Origin: Mobula hypostoma
Lineage: Eukaryota
Assembly: GCF_963921235.1 (NCBI RefSeq)
Contig: NC_086097.1
Span: 134,232,001 to 134,296,000, forward strand
Reading direction: 5' to 3'
DNA length: 64,000 nt
Shown here in pieces: positions 61,136 to 64,000 of this stretch. Each line of letters opens with the position of its first letter. Within the stretch, counting starts at the first letter, position 1. The notes beneath the pieces were generated by a model. That model worked only from the letters and a program-made list of their open reading frames with translations. It did no database searches and was not told the DNA's origin. A program made the translations under genes and the position numbers.

Positions 61136-64000
61136 ATGTTCCCTCTAATATTTCTTTACAATTGCACAGACCAACCATGACACTGAGAGGAAATTTTTAC
61201 ATGACTTGAAACTGTGAGGCACTTCAGTAAAAAGTTCTATCAAAGAAAATTCCAGCTGCACAGCAACAAAGGCTATGTGCATGGGAGCACTGCAGCTACT
61301 GTGCAGCTTAGAGAGAACTGTGCCCACATCACTGGCCATGTAAAGCACTACCGTAACCACTATGCTACCATACTGTCCTGCGCCATTGGATCAGGAGGAG
61401 GCAGCCGTGTAACTAATTATGAAATTGTTCAGTCAGATTTTTTGCCGAAGCAATGAAGAACTTTAAACACAAAGCCATCAGTATCTGGAATAGCTAACTA
61501 GGTTAGTATTTCAGAATCATCCCTTCACCGCAATGCTCTCTGCCTCCTATTTTCATAAATTTCACTATTTTTATGACTATTATGGATATCCTTTCTTTAT
61601 TTTCCTCTGTACTGAATGCTCGATTTAAAGGTCTATTAAGATCAAACATGAATTCTATGCAAACCTCTTGCTTTAGTAGTCCTTTACACTGAAGCAAAAA
61701 ATATAATACTGGCCTTCTGTAATTTATTATTCTAGTTGAGTACTCAAAATAGCTTTCAGCATGTCAGAAGTAGTTTGAGATCAAGTGGAGATTATAAAGG
61801 TAGATTACTCACCTTTAGGTAAGTAATCAATCTTACGATAAATGCATCCTCCTCTTTTAACTGGTATGTTAGACAATCTAATGGAAAAATCAGAATGATG
61901 TCCAACTTTCTTTGTTATTTTTAGGCCCTCCTAAATTTAGCTGTAACCTTTAATCTGCAACCTGTAACATCTCTGTAACCATCATTTTGCCATGATACAG
62001 GGCAGAGGAAGGCATCTGAAAGCCAGTAGCCTGCTAAAATTCTTCTCTAAGTTTTATATCAGCTTCCTAAAGATGAGGAAATTAGAGACAAGATTTCACA
62101 TTAGTTTCAGAAAGTCCCAACAAGATTTATATACAATGCAGCACTTTTGATGTGTTTCTATTGTGGTGATATAGGAAATGGAGCAATCATTTTGTGCATA
62201 GCAAATTCCATAATGCGATAACAAGCAGATAATCTGTTCATATCAATGTTGAATAAGGGATAAATATTGCACAAGTAAGTCTATAATTCTGGGACCCCAA
62301 TGACAGAAGTGATCGGGTCTTATAGCCAAAGGTATACCAAGCAATGCCTTCCACGTTCATTTTTGTTTTGTTATTGTTTTGAGTCAAACTATTTGCAAGA
62401 GCTCATGGCACTCACTGAGTGGTTTGAGCATAGGAGGAAAGCACCCATGTGCAGCATACAAACGCCAAGTCAACACATCTTCTTCTGTGAAGCTCAAAAT
62501 AAAAATGTTTCCACTGTTTTTTTTTCACAACTTTACATCTAAGAACATTTCTACAACCAACCTAATAGCATTAAGATGTGCTTACTGCTGCAACACCTCA
62601 AATGAGGCAGCAACTGTGCACATATCAAGATCCTAGAAAGGAAAGTGATCATAGTCAGACTATTTCAAACAACCTCATGACCACAGTAGGTGGTTATTTA
62701 GTCCATCATATCTCTGAATCCAATTCTTCTTTGAAAGTACCCGCTGAAACTACTTCCATCACCCTTTCAAGTAGCATGTCCCAAATCACAGCAAACGTCC
62801 CAGAAAATATGTTTGTTTTCAAATTTCCTTTGACTCTTCTGCCACTCACCTCATATTTGCGGCTCCCTATTTCCTCTCTTAAAACCTTTTAGTGAATTTG
62901 ATCACTAATAAAATCAGTCAAGTGGCAAGGAAATAACCCAGCTTCTCCAGTTCCTCAATGATATTGAAGTTCCACAGACCTGGGACAATATATTACTCAT
63001 CTTCTGAGCTATTCACAGACAGAGCATCAATATGCTTGGACCATTTTAGGTCCTGATCAAAGCAACAGGTGAGGATGAAGGAACGATGACAGTAAAACTT
63101 TGAGGATGTTACTGCCTGACTCTTATTTGGCATAAATGTTGCCAGGCACTTGTCAATCTAAGTGTAAGTGTTCTCCGAAAGCCCATGTAGTCCTTCCTGG
63201 TGCGATGAGGGCAGAACTGGACAGAATGTTCCTGGTATAGAGATAAATAGTGGACATGACAATACTGGTGTGAACTCCTTATCTCTTCTGTAAATCTAGA
63301 ACCTTAAACTTCAGAGGACCTTGATTTAGTACCTCATTTTCAAATTGGACTTCTCACAGAGGGACATTCTTCCTTAGAGTATCAGCCTGGATCATGCAAT
63401 CAAGTCTCTTGTGGAACTTCATCTCAGATTTTATCTGCTTAAAAATGCTACTGAAGCTTGACTGACATAAGTGCCCCCGAGAGATCCCAAGGTCGTAAAG
63501 ATGCTATATAAATGGATGTTTTACATTTTTTTGCATTCATAGATGTGTTTTGAGGGATTAGGAGGCGGACAGATATCAGCGTACCCATCTCTGACCTACT
63601 CACAGGATATGGCTAAACAAGGTCGGCTGCTGATCAAAGCAACAGGTGCTGATAATAATGTCCAAAACAACAATGCTTTAACCTCAATTTGGGTGATTTC
63701 TCTCCCTAGCTAGCTCTTAGTCAAAATGAATGTGGCCTGTCGCTAACAAGCACAGAACTGGATTTTACACAAATCCCGTACTTCTTTCCATCAGAGTACA
63801 ACCGGCTACGTGGTACTTTGTAGGGCTGTGTAGCTCAGTTCACTAGGACTATTTTTAACAGCCCAACAATCTCCATCATTTGGAAGATGAATGGCTAAAA
63901 CTGCACTGGAGCACCATTACCTGCATGTTCCCCTCCGTTATGTTTGTGGTACTGGGAAGCTGGGTGGCTGTAAATAACACAGTTGAGAGACAGAATTGAG

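Noticed and set aside
63915..64000. Minus-strand ..CAT GCA G|gtaatg resembling the donor of the preceding ZNF407 exon (..HA-G)
   Set aside because: The upstream frame reads YHKHNGGEHA, not the expected zinc-finger/PDLAYLHA sequence.
1..64000. Prokaryotic-type systems (CRISPR arrays, operons, retrons) or true tRNA/rRNA genes
   Set aside because: The sequence is vertebrate; RTs belong to CR1, Rex/Babar and PLE classes, and tRNA-like boxes are SINE heads.

Overview
Eukaryotic, repeat-rich vertebrate DNA, most likely from a cartilaginous fish (probably a ray or skate), inferred from CR1 LINEs with (CATAGAA)n/(TTCTATG)n tails, V-SINEs and DeuSINE-like repeats. The only host coding sequence I can support is the large terminal exon of ZNF407 on the minus strand (34498-35876), with a ~1.15 kb 3' UTR and polyA signal at 33354-33359. 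Everything to the right (35877-64000) is its last intron (>28 kb, preceding exon not in the window) and everything to the left is downstream intergenic DNA. The rest is a mosaic of mobile elements: CR1 and Rex/Babar LINE fragments, a young 5'-truncated Penelope-like element (PLE) with an open RT + GIY-YIG frame and 13-bp TSD, many PLE 3'-end copies carrying a minimal hammerhead-ribozyme motif (some in inverted/palindromic arrangement), a Tigger4-like DNA transposon, Harbinger and hAT MITEs, SINEs and two solo-LTR-like segments. These are interleaved with TE-free, TAAT-rich blocks that look like conserved non-coding enhancers. I found no convincingly new biological system. The best leads are the hammerhead-bearing PLE family, the mammal-like Tigger4, a possible HDV-like fold in an RTE-derived non-autonomous element, and an exact 19-bp TCF+E-box repeat. 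Family names come from motif recognition, not database searches, and the boundaries of old repeats are approximate.
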